Positions 26,780 through 41,258 are shown, numbered from the stretch's first letter. The stretch: 64,000 nucleotides of DNA from Octopus vulgaris (GCA_951406725.2 OX597824.1:79918001-79982000), one strand, 5' to 3'. Program-made: numbers and translations. Notes: generated by a model from the letters alone, not told the origin.

Positions 26780-26970
26780 GAAAGAATGGAGTTGAACGAC
26801 GAATTAACAAAATTCCTTTATTCTCGACATATGTTTCGAAGGCTGCATATTCCTAATTTCGAAGGAATAAGGGGTGCATTATGTCGCCTTCTCATCAGGA
26901 AAAACAAGGAACTTATGTCATATATATATGTTTGTGTGTCGGCGTTTGTCCCCCCACCATCGCTTGACAA
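26559..26970 (+). mobile_element. SINE family C, split by an HHR-bearing insertion in its internal (TA)n
   Basis: Head at 26559-26725, (TA)n, foreign 26772-26920, then the SINE resumes tgtgtcggcgtttgtccccccaccatcgcttgacaa. Confidence 0.85.
26821..26903 (-). ncRNA. Type I hammerhead ribozyme (HHR-8)
   Basis: Minus: ttttc CTGATGA gaaggc...tattcct/aggaata...gccttc GAA ACATATGT C gagaa. Stem I extends by ttcctt/aaggaa; GUC site. Confidence 0.92.
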
Positions 26971-27067
26971 TATATGGATATATTCACAAACAGACGCACA
27001 TATAGATCGTATGAAACCGTTGGTAGCTTTGTTAACTCACAAATAATGCTTATCCACTATAAGGTGG

Positions 27068-27449
27068 ATAAAACAAACAAGGACAGACAAAGGGATTAAG
27101 TCGGTGACATCGGCCCCAGTGCGTAACTGGTACTTATTTAATCGACCCCGAAATAATGAAAGGCAAAGTCGACCTCGGTGGAATTTGAACTCAGAACGTA
27201 ACGGCAAACGAAATACCTATTTCTTTACTACTCACAAGGGGCTAAACACAGAGAGAACAAACAAGGACAGACAAACGGATTAAGTCGATTATATCGACCC
27301 CAGTGCGCAACTGGTACTTATTTAATAGACCGCGAAAGGATGAAAGGCAAAGTCGACCTCGGCGGAATTTGAACTCACAACGTAGCGGTAGACGAAATAC
27401 CGCTAAGCATTTCGCCTGGCGTACTAATGTTTCTGCCAGCTCGTCGCCC
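27068..27449 (-). mobile_element. SINE family B head-to-tail dimer
   Basis: Two body units joined at gtagtaaagaaataggtatttcg (minus strand). Confidence 0.9.
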
Positions 27450-27971
27450 TTACACATATTATCATCCACTCGGGGACATGCTCAACTGATAAAAGAAAAA
27501 AAAAAAAAGAGAAAAAATTTGTTACACAGTGTAATTTGTATAAAAGTGTGTAGTATAGATATGTTTAGGCAGAAAACAGGAAAATCGGGAAAGTAAGAGT
27601 TAATAATATTTCTTCATCGATAGAGAGATATTCTGGAAATTCATACTCTAATATCAAAGATTAAAAAGAGGATCCAAGCAGTCTTTCGTGATGATAGCTC
27701 GGATATATCTATGAAGAACTACTTCGTTGCAATTCTTTTATAGGTGGGAAGATATCCGGAGAGATATACATACACGTGTGTGATCATGCACAAACGAAAA
27801 CTATCATTGATAGAAGATCCCTTATAACTTGACCAAGGTCAATTTTATCGCACCGTGACATCAAATTTAGATCGAAAGGAAAGAGAACTCAGCATATTTA
27901 GTAAACTTCTATATTTCGATTCTGTCGTATAATGACTATGACAATTTACATACATAGCTGCAAAACACACA

Positions 27972-28013
<42 letters not shown>

Positions 28014-28655
28014 CACACATACACACACGCACACATGCACACACAAGGAAATAGAAGTGCATACATATACAAACACACGCCCACACACACATATACATAC
28101 AGATGCACACACATACATATATATATATGCATATACATACATATATACATACACACATACATACATACATACATACATACATACATACATACATACATAC
28201 ACACATACATACATACATACACACATACATGCGTACATGCATGCATGCATAGGTACCCCCCCCACACACACACTGACCCACACACATGCGCACAAACAAA
28301 CAAAGAGGAATGCAGTGTAAATAATGGACAGAGTCAAAACTATTGAAAAGGTTGCAAAAAGCAACGAAAATTTTAGGAAAATAAAAATAAGGAATAAGAG
28401 GAAATTTTACCGGTGAGTGTGTCAAATCATAAAGCACAAAAAGAAAATGACTCTCCTCAGACACAACGGAATTTACATTCAGCCATCTTAAAAGTCTCTC
28501 GTAAGAATTAGATCCTACTGCTTTGTGATTCTGATACTTGGCCTGGCGCAAATGTTAAAGCGCAGTGAATTAAAAACGATTGCCATTGACCTACGTCGGT
28601 TGTCATTTTGCTATGAATTTTGCCTCTCTGTCACAAGCAAACAGTTCTAGCAACT

Positions 28656-29049
28656 TTTTTTTGGAAGCACTCCGTCGGTTACGACGACGAGGGTTCCGGT
28701 TGATCCGAATCAACGGAACAGCCTGCTCGTGAAATTAACGTGTAAGTGACTGAGCACTCCACAGACACGTGTACCCTTAACGTAGTTCTCGGTGATATTC
28801 AGCGTGACACAGAGAGTGACAAGGCCGGCCCTTTGAAATACAGGTACAACAGAAACAGGAAGTAAGAGTGAGAGAGAAAGTTGTGGTGAAAGAGTACAGC
28901 AGGGATCATCACCATCCCCTGCCGGAGCCGCGTGGAGCTTTTAGGTGTTTTCGCTCAATAAACACTCACAACGCCCGGTCTGGGAATCGAAACCGCGATC
29001 CTATGACCGCGAGTCCGCTGCCCTAACCACTGGGCTATTGCGCCTCCAC
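28656..29049 (-). mobile_element. SINE family A, full length
   Basis: 11-bp TSD ttctagcaact at 28645-28655 and 29050-29060; poly(A)-type tail. Confidence 0.95.
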
Positions 29050-29271
29050 TTCTAGCAACTAAATAACGATGAAATAACTTGGATGTATCCTAACTCAAAG
29101 GACTAGCATTTAATTAACTGCATAGTCTGGGAATCGAAACCGCGATCCTATGACCGCGAGTCCGCTGCCCTAACCACTGGGCCATTGCGCCTCCACTTCT
29201 AGCAACTAAATAACGATGAAATAACTTGGATGTATCCTAACTCAAAGGACTAGCATTTAATTAACTGCATA
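28978..29271. repeat. 147-bp tandem duplication spanning the SINE-A 5' junction and flank
   Basis: 28978-29124 is repeated at 29125-29271. Confidence 0.9.
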
Positions 29272-30198
29272 ATCACCAGAACGATTATGTGATCGGATTT
29301 ATACAATCTGTTGATTGCATAATCTTGTAAATGTACAAACTGGTGATTATAAATAATGGTTATGCAACACGTTGATTATACAAACATCAATAAATTAAAC
29401 AAAATTACGTTCTTTCTGTTCCTTAATCTCATACCGCTTGTTGACAGTCGAAGCGCTCTGTGTTATGAGGTAAAGTATCTATCTGAATTTAACAAAACAA
29501 CGATATTAGGATATCAAAGCTTCTAGATGTATAAATGTCAAGTCTCTCAAGGCTGAAGTTAACGATTCCAGAGCTCTAAGATAAATTAGTTGTAAGTCTG
29601 AATTGTGAATATTTATAATAAATGTTGAAGAATTTGAGAGGTACCTCAAATAAGCAACATACTTTTGCTTCCTTTGAAATGCTTAGATTTCTCCATCTTA
29701 AGCATTGGCATTCATTTGAGAAGAGAAACCTTGAAATTAATTTTCTCTCAGAAAGTTTGTAGACAGCACACGAGAAGTGGATATCTGAGAAAAATTCGAA
29801 GCCAGAGAAAAGACTTACCTTGAGCTAAGGAGATCGATACACAAGTCTTTAAAGATACGAGAGATATTTGATGGAAGCAGAAAAGAAATAGGATCCAACA
29901 TATATAGATAGGAAGGAATTAAAACATTCTATGAAAAGCGTTTATGGATCATGAATCTGTGGTTCGCGCCCCGTTTCCAATACAAATTTTATAAAACTGC
30001 TGGGTGAAAAAATGAGATTTTCCAAAGATGGAAGAAATACTTTGAGACTGCTTTGGATACCGACTCTTTAATTACCAGATATATACTTGCAACAGTTCCA
30101 CAAAGATAATTTAACCTGAAGCGGTCCAATTTGCATATGAATATAAATTTCATGTTAGTTCAAGCTACAATTAAATAAATAGTATTTGGCAGTTTGGT

Positions 30199-30298
30199 AA
30201 CTCTACAGGTAAAAATGGCATTCCTCGTGAAACATGTAGGAGTATGAAAACTCTATAGGTAAAAATGGCATTCCTCGTGAAACCTGTAGGTGTATGAA
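30199..30298. repeat. 50-bp tandem repeat x2
   Basis: ctcta(c/t)aggtaaaaatggcattcctcgtgaaac at 30201 and 30251. Confidence 0.9.
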
Positions 30299-30304
30299 AC
30301 TGAG

Positions 30305-30908
30305 TCCCAAACTGTGCCCCACACATAATAATCAAGGAGGTTGCAGTCTGGGAAGTTAGGTGGCCAGATGTTAGGGGTGATGTGGTCGCAGAAATTGTCT
30401 GAAAGCCATGACTGGGTTCTCCTGCTTGTGTGGCATGGTGTAGAGTCCTGTTGCCAGACATAGTCTTCCAGCAGCCACCCTGTTGACCCAGGGCATCATT
30501 ACATCCTCCAGGCACTTGATGTAGGCCTCTGTGTTGAGTGTGAGGCCATGTGGGAAGATAAATGGAGGCATCACGTCGCCGTCACTAGTGATCACTCCAA
30601 AACACCATGATGTTGACTGGATGTTTGATTTTACCACTCTCGGTACATGTTTTGGGGACACGGCAAGCCAAAAATTGTTCTGAGTGTTCGGTATCTGTTC
30701 GCATTGAAACTTCCGGTGCGAATCAGTACAGCATATCGTTTCCAAATTCCAAGCTGAGCGAATTGCGTCATGGTGCTGTTCTTCTCATAGACGGTGCCAA
30801 ACTGACCCTACCATACTGTATGATCGACAAAATCAAAACCAAACAATGAATGCGCATGCGTGAAATTAAAAATACAAAATGGTGAAAATTTACCCAACGC
30901 ACTCTTTA
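30305..30908 (-). mobile_element. Tc1/mariner transposase remnant (DD37D/maT-like), internally deleted
   Basis: Minus: FGVITSDGDVMPPFIFPHGLTLNTEAYIKCLEDV..PWV.RVAAGR..VWQQDS.PCHTSRRTQSWLSDNFCDHITPNIWPPN.PDCN.LDYYVWG, with frameshifts. Confidence 0.9.
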
Positions 30909-31001
30909 TATATTTGTGTATTTTTAATTTTGTGATTCTTCCGTGACTTAGAAGTATTCTGACTTCTATTTTTAGTGATGCATGTGCTTATGTAGTACCC
31001 T

Positions 31002-31082
<81 letters not shown>

Positions 31083-31674
31083 TATATATATTCTATTAAT
31101 TTGTACAACGGCTTATGCTCGCAGCCATCAACGATGATATTTTAAAAAAATATTATCGTTCTCATATGTGTGCGTGAGTGTGTATGTGTGTGCTTGCGCG
31201 CGCGCGTGGCGTTATGTGTGTGTGTGTGTGTGTGTGCGTGCGTGCGTGTATGTGCGTGTGTATAGTAATTTATAGAAGGGAAAAAACAATATACTGAATA
31301 AAAATATAGAAGAAAAACAAGTCGTAAAAAATAGTGATGATAGTTAAAACAAGTGTTTTCTCTTTCCTACCAGAAAACGAGAGAAAGGAAGAGAGGTGGG
31401 CGGAGAGAAACAGAGAGAGAAATAGATGTAGAGAAGGAGAAAGAAGGAAAGAGAGGGCGAGAGAGAAAGGGAGGTCACATTCAGAGGAAATGATTTTCAA
31501 AATAAAGCTTAGGAAGTTTGCTTTGAATGTATTTAATGAATCTCGTTTATAAAGAATCTTCACCAACCGCCATTGATAGGTCAAGATCAAAGGACGTCAC
31601 AATTTGATTTATTTACAATCTTCCCTCCCTTTCCTCTCTCTGTTTGCTAACATTCCTCTTTTTCATTACGTCAA

Positions 31675-31950
31675 AGGCGGCCTGCTGGCAGAACCGATAC
31701 CGCACCGGACTAAATGCTTAGCGGCATTCCTTCCGGATCTTTACATTCTCAGTTCAAATACCACCGAGGTAGACTTTCCCTTTCATCATTTCGAGGTCGA
31801 TAAAATAAGTACCACCTGACCACAATTTTTTTAATATAAATTAAGTACCAGTTACGCACTGGGGCTGACGTAATCGACTTAATCCCTTTGCTGTTCTTGT
31901 TTGTCTCCTCTATGTTTAGTTCCTTGTGGGCAATAAAGAAATAAGAAATA
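31675..31950 (+). mobile_element. SINE family B (diverged 5' part plus younger 3' part)
   Basis: Head ggcggcctgctggcagaacc and central motif tcatcatttcgaggtcgataaaataagtacc. Confidence 0.8.
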
Positions 31951-32113
31951 TAGTCACAAAGAGGTCAATATCCGCAGAAACAAAAATCACAAATTAAAGG
32001 GGCTTCACAAAATTACTGACTCTCTGCCAAAGTTTGAAGCCATTGTGTCAGAGCATTATTGAAGCCATTATGTCAGAGCATTTGAGGGGCGGGAATATCA
32101 ACGTGGCGAACTA

Positions 32114-32658
32114 AACAGTTTGATATATTTTAGGGGTAATTCTACCGTATTTTAACGTGTTTAAAGAACCCCCATATTTTTGGGGCTTAAAATTTGGAAA
32201 AAAGGTTTTGCAAGGGATTATAACAGTTTGATATATTTTAGGGGTAAATCTACCGTATTTTAACGTGTTTAAAGAACCCCCTAATTTTTGGGGCTTAAAA
32301 TTTGGAAAAAAGGTTTTGCAAGGGATTATAACAGTTTGATATATTTTAGGGGTAAATCTACCGTATTTTAACGTGTTTAAAGAATCCCCTAGTTTTTTGG
32401 GCTTAAAATTTGGAAAAAAGGTTTTGCAAGGGATTATAACAGTTTGATATATTTTAGGAGTAAATCTACCGTATTTTAACGTGTTTAAAGAACCCCCTAA
32501 TTTTTGGGGCTTAAAATTTGGAAAAAAGGTTTTGCAAGGGATTATAACAGTTTGATATATTTTAGGGGTAAATCTACCGTATTTTAACTTGTTTAAGGAA
32601 CCCCCTAATTTTGGGGGGCTTAAAATTTGGAAAAAAAGGTTTTGCAAGGGATTATAAC
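32114..32658. repeat. 108-bp tandem array x ~5 built from a MITE left end plus flank
   Basis: The minus-strand ORF repeats every 36 aa. Each unit contains taccgtattttaacgtgtttaaag. Confidence 0.95.
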
Positions 32659-32741
32659 GCGATCTATGTATAAGAAACTCTCATATTTTTTAAACCTAAT
32701 TTTTGACAAAATGGTTTCCTTATACACGTTAAATTACGGTA
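32575..32741. mobile_element. Tc2/pogo-like MITE with TIRs
   Basis: Left end TACCGTATTTTAAC(T/G)TGTTTAAGG and right end CCTTATACACGTTAAATTACGGTA, with TA at both termini. Confidence 0.75.
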
Positions 32742-33352
32742 ATTAAGTATTTGTATTCTCATTTCAACCCCCAACCGACGACATTGAAATGAATACCAGT
32801 TACTTTTTGGATTTTAAATTAGTCGATTTTCTCTATTCAATCCATCACATTTATACCCTTGTGTGCCCATGTTGGAAATCAGTATAAACTCGTTGTTAAC
32901 TTTGTTACCCTTTTTCAGCTCCAGGTTTGCTCTTATCGAACAGCGTGACCATGCTGCTTCTATTCATATTCATATCTAGGATTGGCTTGTCCAACGAGTA
33001 ACGGAGTGTGCTTGTATGTGTATGTGTGTATGTGTAAGTGCGTGCGTAATGCGCGTGTGCGTTCGTGTGTGTGCTCGCCCGCGTGTGTGTGTATAAATGC
33101 GTGCATGTTTGAGAGAGGATTAACTTTTATTTCCAGTAAAGCAAGTTGAATGTATTAAAGAAACGATACAGAGCCACATTGAATAAATAATGTCCCTTTA
33201 ATTTGTGATTTTTGCTTCTGCGGATATTGACCTCTTTGTGACTATATTTCTTATTTCTTTATTGTCCACAAGGGCCTAAACATAGAGGCGACAAACAAGG
33301 ACAGCAAAGGGATTAAGTCGATTACGTCAGCCCCAGCGCATAACTGGTACTA

Positions 33353-33590
33353 GGCGGCGAGCTGGCAGAAACGTTAGCACGCCGGGCGAAATGCGTAGCC
33401 GTATTTCGTCTGTCGTTACGTTGTGAGTTCAAATTCCGCCGAGGTCGACTTTGCCTTTCATCCTTTCGGAGTCGATAACTTAAGTACCAGTTACGCACTG
33501 GGGTCGATGTAATCGACTTAATACCTATGTCTGTCCTTGTTTGTCCCCCTCTGTGTTCAGCCCCTTGTGGGTAATAAAGAAATAGGTACT
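33353..33590 (+). mobile_element. SINE family B, full length
   Basis: ggcggcgagctggcagaaacgttagcacgccgggcg head through gccccttgtgggtaataaagaaata. Confidence 0.9.
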
Positions 33591-33614
33591 TAATTTATAT
33601 ATAAAAAAAACAGT

Positions 33615-33985
33615 ACGTAGCTTGCTTACGAACCACATGGTTCCGGGTTCAATCCCACTGCGTGGTACCTTGGGGTTTTCTACTATAGACTCGGGCAGAA
33701 CAAAAGCCTTGTGAGTGGATTTGGTAGACAGAAACTGAAAGAAGCCCGTCGTATATATGTATATATGTATGTGTGTGTATATGTGCGTGTGTCTGTGTTT
33801 GTCCCCCAACAACGCTTGACAACCGATGCTGGTGTGTTTACATCCCCGTACCTTAGCGGTTCGGCAAATGACACTGATAGAATAAGTACTAGGCTTACAA
33901 AGAATAAGTCCTGGGGTCGATTTCTTCGACTAAAGACGGTGCTCCAGCATGGCCGCAATCAAATGACTAAAACAAGTAAAAGAGT
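33615..33985 (+). mobile_element. SINE family C
   Basis: Matches 51765-52175. Confidence 0.9.
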
Positions 33986-33997
33986 GCTTTGCTGTTT

Positions 33998-34070
33998 CTA
34001 TCTCGCGGATTTTTACCTATCGCGGACCGTTTTCGAACGTAACACCCGCGATAGTCTAGTGATTACTGTA
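33998..34070. mobile_element. Terminal fragment of a Tigger/pogo-like MITE
   Basis: tcgcggatttttacctatcgcgg...cccgcgata...gattactgTA, the reverse complement of a TACAGTAATC-type terminus. Confidence 0.5.
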
Positions 34071-34264
34071 TACATTTATATATATCCATTTGACAGAAAT
34101 TTCATTGGCGTATGTAACCCGTGTTTACACGTACAAAGCTCATCCGCGGATACCTTAAATCGAAATAGTAAAATAATTTATTCACTATTCTTCTTACGAA
34201 TCTACCTACTACCTACCTACCTACCTACCTACCTACCTACCTACCTACCTACCTACCTACCTAC

Positions 34265-34295
<31 letters not shown>

Positions 34296-34296
34296 C

Positions 34297-34433
<137 letters not shown>

Positions 34434-34703
34434 CATCTAGCTAGCCAGCTACAAGCTAGAGTTTTCTCTCGCTTTCTTCCCCATCTCCTCTTGTTATTGT
34501 GCTTACTGTTGTTGTTTTTATTGTTGTTGTTGTTGTTGTTCTTCTTCTTCTTCTTCTTCCTCTCTGTCTGTCTGTGCTTGTCTCTCTGTCTACCTCCCTC
34601 TCTCTTTTCTCCCCCCTGATTGTATATATATATGTTTATAGATAGATAGATTGATACATAGATAGACAGATCGATAGACAGATAGATAGACAGACAGACA
34701 GAC

Positions 34704-34742
<39 letters not shown>

Positions 34743-34869
34743 ATATGTATACGCTATTTTATCTAGAGTGTAGGAAAATTCTCAGAGACCAAATGATGTG
34801 GAAGATTGAGGGGATAGAGTAAAATAGATAGTGACATGCAGAGAGCTAGAGAGAGAGAGAGAGATACAC

Positions 34870-34932
<63 letters not shown>

Positions 34933-35021
34933 AAGATAGGTAGAAGAGGGAGAGAAAGAGATAAATGTAAGTGAGAGTTTGTAAATAAATCCAATTGTGA
35001 TGACTTTGATCTTGAACTATG

Positions 35022-35238
35022 AATGGCGGTTGGTGTAGTTTCTTTGTAAAGTAGATTCATTAAATGGATTCATTGCAAAACTTTCTTATCTTTATTTTGA
35101 AGAGCTTCACCAGTGGACTTTTAGATGTTGGCTGTGTCGCTATTACCATGCCTAACATCGAACAAAAGCATTAACAGATACATCGACAACTCATATGTGT
35201 AAGTGAGTGCGTGCATGTGTGTGTATGTGTATACATGC

Positions 35239-35281
<43 letters not shown>

Positions 35282-35362
35282 CAACACACACATGTATATT
35301 ATACATATATACATGTGTAATATAATGTATATGTTTGTGTATATGTAAACATGTATATGTTT
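35022..35362 (+). repeat. Source of the segment duplicated at 44544-44942
   Basis: Near-identical aatggcggttggtgtagtttc...tatatgtaaacatgt in both places. Confidence 0.95.
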
Positions 35363-35414
35363 GTATGCACATATATGATTGTGTATATATAACATATACT
35401 ATATATGTTATATA

Positions 35415-35475
<61 letters not shown>

Positions 35476-36311
35476 CATATACACACACACACACACATAT
35501 ATATACAGCAAATAAGATATGTGTGTATGTACATACATACGTATATATATATATAAATATATATAACGTGTATATATATATATATACATACACACATACG
35601 CACATATATGTGTGTGTGTGTGTGTGTGTATGTGTGTTTGTATGTGTGTGTGTGTGTCCATACATCCATACATACAATACACACACAAGTATATATACAT
35701 GAAAACAGATGCACACAAACACATACGCTCAAAATAAGCACATGAACACTCACACATAAACAAACACATACACACACACGCACACGCGCACGTACAGACA
35801 CAGACACATATATGTACACAAATACATCAACATGTATTGTGTGTACGTTTGTTTGACATTCCGTATATAGATCTGTGATGTTATTTTTTGTCTATTAATG
35901 CGTTAACGTATTCGTATAATGCGGTACGTGTGTGTAATTACGTTTATAGCGAGACAGTTTCGCCTTTTCCTTCTTTATTCTCTGAACAATAAAATCTCGC
36001 TGAAAAACAACTAATCAAGAGATTTCTTTTCCCTTTGGCCATGTTTACACACGAAGAATATCACAGTGCAAAGCTTTACTTTTCTTGAGTGGTCAGGGAC
36101 ATCTCACATCTCGCACCTCAAACGCACACTTATAACATACAGAATCTTATATACACTCGTACATCGAGCACATGCAGTTATACAGGCGGATAGGATAGAG
36201 GGAGAGATAGATACATACACGAACAATGGTGACATACAAGCCACGTGACTCAGGCACAGAAATGACCTTTTATTTCATGCACGTGTGTCAATATTCCTAT
36301 ATATATATGTG

Positions 36312-36540
36312 TGTGGGTAGTAAAGAAATAGGTATTTCGTCCGTCTTTACGTTCTGAGTTCAAACTCCGGCGAGGTCGACTTTGCCTTTCATCGTTTCGG
36401 GGTCAATAAATTAAGTACCAGTTACGCACTGGAGTCGATGTAATGGACTTAATCCGTTTGTCTGTCCTTGTTTGTTCCCTCTATGTTTTTAGCCCCTTGT
36501 GGGCAATAAAGAAATAAGAAACGTTAGCACGCCAGGCGAA
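36312..36540 (+). mobile_element. SINE family B, second-monomer type followed by a re-started head
   Basis: Begins gtgggtagtaaagaaataggtatttcg and ends aataaagaaataagaaacgttagcacgcc. Confidence 0.85.
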
Positions 36541-36674
36541 ACTCTGTTTCCCCGCAAACCATCAGGCAGCATTCCATCAGGGTAGCATACACAATCGATT
36601 GTGTACGCTCGCTTCTTTAAAATGCTTGCTCTCTTTCTCTCTCACACATACAACACCTGTGTATATACAGCACA

Positions 36675-37056
36675 GTGGAGGCGCAATGGCCCAGTGGTTA
36701 GGGCAGCGGACTCGCGGTCGTAGGATCGCGGTTTCGATTCCCAGACCGGGCGTTGTGAGTGTTTATTGAGCGAAAACACCTAAAGCTCCACGAGTCTCCG
36801 GCAGGGATGGTGGTGATCCCTGCTGTACTCTTTCACCACAACTTTCTCTCACTCTTACTTCCTGTTTCTGTTGTACCTGTATTTCAAAGGGCCGGCCTTG
36901 TCACTCTCTGTGTCACGCTGAATATCCCCGAGAACTGCGTTAAGGGTACACGTGTCTGTGGAGTGCTCAGTCACTTACACGTTAATTTCACGAGCAGGCT
37001 GTTCCGTTGATCGGATCAACCGGAACCCTCGTCGTCGTAACCGACGGAGTGCTTCC
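36675..37056 (+). mobile_element. SINE family A, full length
   Basis: 12-bp TSD atatacagcaca at 36663-36674 and 37057-37068. Confidence 0.95.
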
Positions 37057-37809
37057 ATATACAGCACAAGAAATATCTTTAGGCCCGCAATCAGAAATGA
37101 ATTAGCAAATATTTCGTTCTCAAGCGGCGCTAATCTTAGGACCACAGCTTCATTGTGTGATGACGAAGAAATAATTACAAATGGAAACAGGAAAATATGA
37201 AGGGCAAAAAACAAGGAAAAACTTCACTAAGATGCAACGTAAAATAATGAAAAACAGATGGGCTGAGAGATAATTTCTGCCAAACGACAATGAAAGCCCT
37301 CCTCAGGAAAATAATGGAGAAAAATACCTTCGAAGAATCCAACAAATACTTGATAAAATTACCCAAATTTGGTGCCACGAACTTTCGGAAGAATTTGGAA
37401 TGACTGAAAACTGTTGGATTCAGAAAATAACCAACATGCCAAAGATAGACTTTGGCATATTTTGGCGTTTGCTGAATTTTCTTGAGAACAGTCTTTTCTT
37501 AGTGGTCAGACCATATGGGGTCTACCTCTTGCATAATGGATGTCCAATTATGGATGTCATCCCTCTTATATGTATGTAATATATTTTTTCTGAATCTTCA
37601 GATTTTTCAATATGCTAGGCCACTGGTTTTAAATTGATATTAACCAAATTAATATTTAATTTTTCACCCTTATTATTTAAATTTATATATAAGTTAGGTG
37701 AATGACGTTCGTAGTAAGGTTTTGATGTAATGCTTACATTGATCCATAAAATGGAGCCGCTTGAAACGGCCGTAGTGCACTGATACCTGGATGTCCTTTT
37801 TCTTATTTG

Positions 37810-37866
<57 letters not shown>

Positions 37867-38213
37867 GTATGTATATATTTGTGTTTGTGTGTGCGTGCTG
37901 GCGTTTATGTATATACACGGGTGTTTTTGTGTGTGTGTGAGAGAAAGTGAGCGAGCATAAGTGATCGCGCGTGCGTGTGCACCTTTAAGATACTTGATAC
38001 GTCCTTCCATATATTGTATATTTTAAATCTTATCTACACTCTTCGTAATTTGTAAAAGTGCTTTTTTGAAACTTGTCACACACCTTTCTTTCTTTACAAC
38101 CCTTAACGAGGGTCTCGTGTTTTCTGTATCACTTCCAGACCTTGTGGCTAATGACAAGATTACTATTATTATTACTATTATTATTATTATTATTATTATT
38201 ATGATCATCATCA

Positions 38214-38284
<71 letters not shown>

Positions 38285-38354
38285 GTTTATGATTGCAGAG
38301 AACAGAAGTTAGCTATTTTATGCAAGATGTGACTCATACAGTTGTTTATCTTAC

Positions 38355-38413
<59 letters not shown>

Positions 38414-38488
38414 GTGTGCTATCGCATCACAGGAAAACTATTACATTATAATCCTTGCCCACGAGCCGAAAAGTAACTTTAGAAGATG

Positions 38489-38566
<78 letters not shown>

Positions 38567-38646
38567 ATATATATATATATGTGTGTGTATATACATATAT
38601 ACGTATGAATGTATGCAAGCATAGTCGCATGAATAAAGTACGTGTG

Positions 38647-38710
<64 letters not shown>

Positions 38711-38970
38711 AATGCGAGTATATACAAGCGTCCACTTTTTCATGTATATCTGAACTTCTATTAAGATAATAGTATTTGAAAGGAAACCGCTGTGAAATAA
38801 AGAAGAAAAAAGAAAAAGAAAACATGAAAAAAACCGCCCCCCCCCTGCTAAAAACAAGTAAAAAATTGTATAAACACACAGGAATGAATATGAAGAAAGT
38901 TAAAAATAAAAATGACTTGGAGATAGAAAAGATAGTGACGAAATAAAATCCGAAACATACATACATACAA

Positions 38971-39096
<126 letters not shown>

Positions 39097-39661
39097 GTAT
39101 ATAGGTAAGACTCCATGTGTAAAATATGGAGAATACATCTGCTGGGTATATGATATTACGACTAAGTAGTGACACAATAGAGGTAGGAAAAAAAAAAGCC
39201 TTGTATATCTAGAGAAAGTTTGTAAGATGAGATATCGCCATTTGCAAATAGACGTTATATATCACACTTCAGAAACTTCTAATCTAACACTTCCGGAATT
39301 CGCAGATATGGACAGAGATGTATATATGTATGTATGTATATATGAGTGTATATATGTATGTACGCATATATGAATGTATGGAGCTACATATATATATATA
39401 TGTAAGTGTGAGGGCATGTATGTATATACGCACCTCTATCAATATGTACTCATGTACAGGTGTATACGGGTATGTATGAATATGTCCTTATTTATGAGTA
39501 TATACTATATAAGTTTATATAAATTCACATAGACGTACATACATACACACACACACACATATATATATATGTATACCTGTCATCACACAAACATTATCTT
39601 TATACTTATACATGTATATATTTACGCATATACATATATACACATCCACATATATAAGTAT

Positions 39662-39695
<34 letters not shown>

Positions 39696-39760
39696 GCATA
39701 TGTACATGTATATATATATATATATATATATACATGTACATATACATATATATATATATG

Positions 39761-39848
<88 letters not shown>

Positions 39849-40025
39849 CACTATATACTATATATATATATATATGTGATTCACTAATATATGTATGGCT
39901 ATGTATGTGAGAATGTTTATAAGAATACCTGTACTAATAAAAAAAACCAAACATGCGAAAACCTTTTAATTTTGTGGGAAGAAAGGAAGACAAAATAAGA
40001 TTAGCATAGAAAGATAGAAAGATTC

Positions 40026-40069
<44 letters not shown>

Positions 40070-40634
40070 GGAAAGACAGAGATAGTTATAAAGAATGGTT
40101 ACATATTTAATAATATTTATTCTTATCTTTCTGTATACCTACACATTCATATATCATAAGCACAGATATGCGTATCAGTGTGTGTTTCTGTGTATATATA
40201 TATATATATATGTAGGCGTTTGTAATGTGTGTGTGAACATGTATGGCTGTACAGAGCTGTGTCTGTGTGATTGTATATCTGTATACGTGATGGTTTATTG
40301 AGCCTGAATCCCAAGTTTCTTTGCAGGAAAATCCTTTAGAATATTTTCTGTTTAAAAGGAAGACATGTTTTATTAAGTTACCTGTGAGAGTACTTAGTTT
40401 ACGCGCGCATGCATACAGACACACAAGCACAGACATGCAAGCGTACATACATATATGCAGGCACGCATTTACCAGTACGTACAACTGAGTGTGCATGTAT
40501 ATGTGTGCTCGTATGTGTGTGTATGTATGCATGTATGTTAGTATTTGTATATACATGTCTACGTACATACATACTCACACATACACACACATATACATAT
40601 CTATGTATCTATCTATCTCTCTAGTTAGCTAGCT

Positions 40635-40677
<43 letters not shown>

Positions 40678-40790
40678 CACGTACATATGTATGTTTGTGT
40701 ATATATACATCCATGCATAGATGAATACTTAGATTCATGGTAAAATATACGTCTTTTTACAGCATTCATACATACGTACATACATACACG

Positions 40791-40843
<53 letters not shown>

Positions 40844-40844
40844 A

Positions 40845-41042
40845 TAAGTTTGTGTGTCTGTATTTGTCTCCCCACCATCACTTGACAACCGATGCTGGTG
40901 TGTTTACCACCCCGTAACTTAGCGGTTCGGCTAAATAGACCGATAGAATAAGTACTAGGTTTACAAAGAATAAGTCCTGGGGCCGATTTGCTCGACTAAA
41001 TTGGTGTTCCAGCATGGAAGTTAGAAGTAAAAGAGTTAAGAG

Positions 41043-41073
<31 letters not shown>

Positions 41074-41258
41074 GCGCGAACACATGCACACACACACACA
41101 TACGATAAGCTAGCACACAGTTTGCGTCCGTCAAATTCCCTCACGGAGCATTGAATGGTCCGAGTTTATAGTAGAAGACACTGGTCCACGATGCTGCACA
41201 GTGAGACCGAAGCCAAATCCGCGTGATAATAAAGCGAGCTTCCTAACTGCACAGCCCT
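40845..41258. mobile_element. Rearranged SINE-C pieces (3' half on +, diverged 5' half on -)
   Basis: 40845-41043 matches the 3' half; 41100-41258 matches the reverse complement of the head. Confidence 0.7.

Larger units (their letters stand above)
27620..30110 (+). mobile_element. Highly decayed RTE/BovB-like LINE (APE region and APE-RT linker), interrupted by microsatellites and SINE-A
   Basis: 29930-30105 translates, with shifts, to MKSVYGS*ICGSRPV...KLLGEK..IFQRWKKYFETAL..SLI..YILATVPQ, like the RTE K.VYGP..GS.P...LL.EK..IL.RW.EHF motif. The upstream extent is weakly supported. Confidence 0.5.

Noticed and set aside
32114-32658. CRISPR-like or coding-repeat interpretation of the 108-bp array (178-aa ORF)
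   Set aside because: There are no unique spacers and the context is eukaryotic. The ORF arises because the unit length is divisible by 3.
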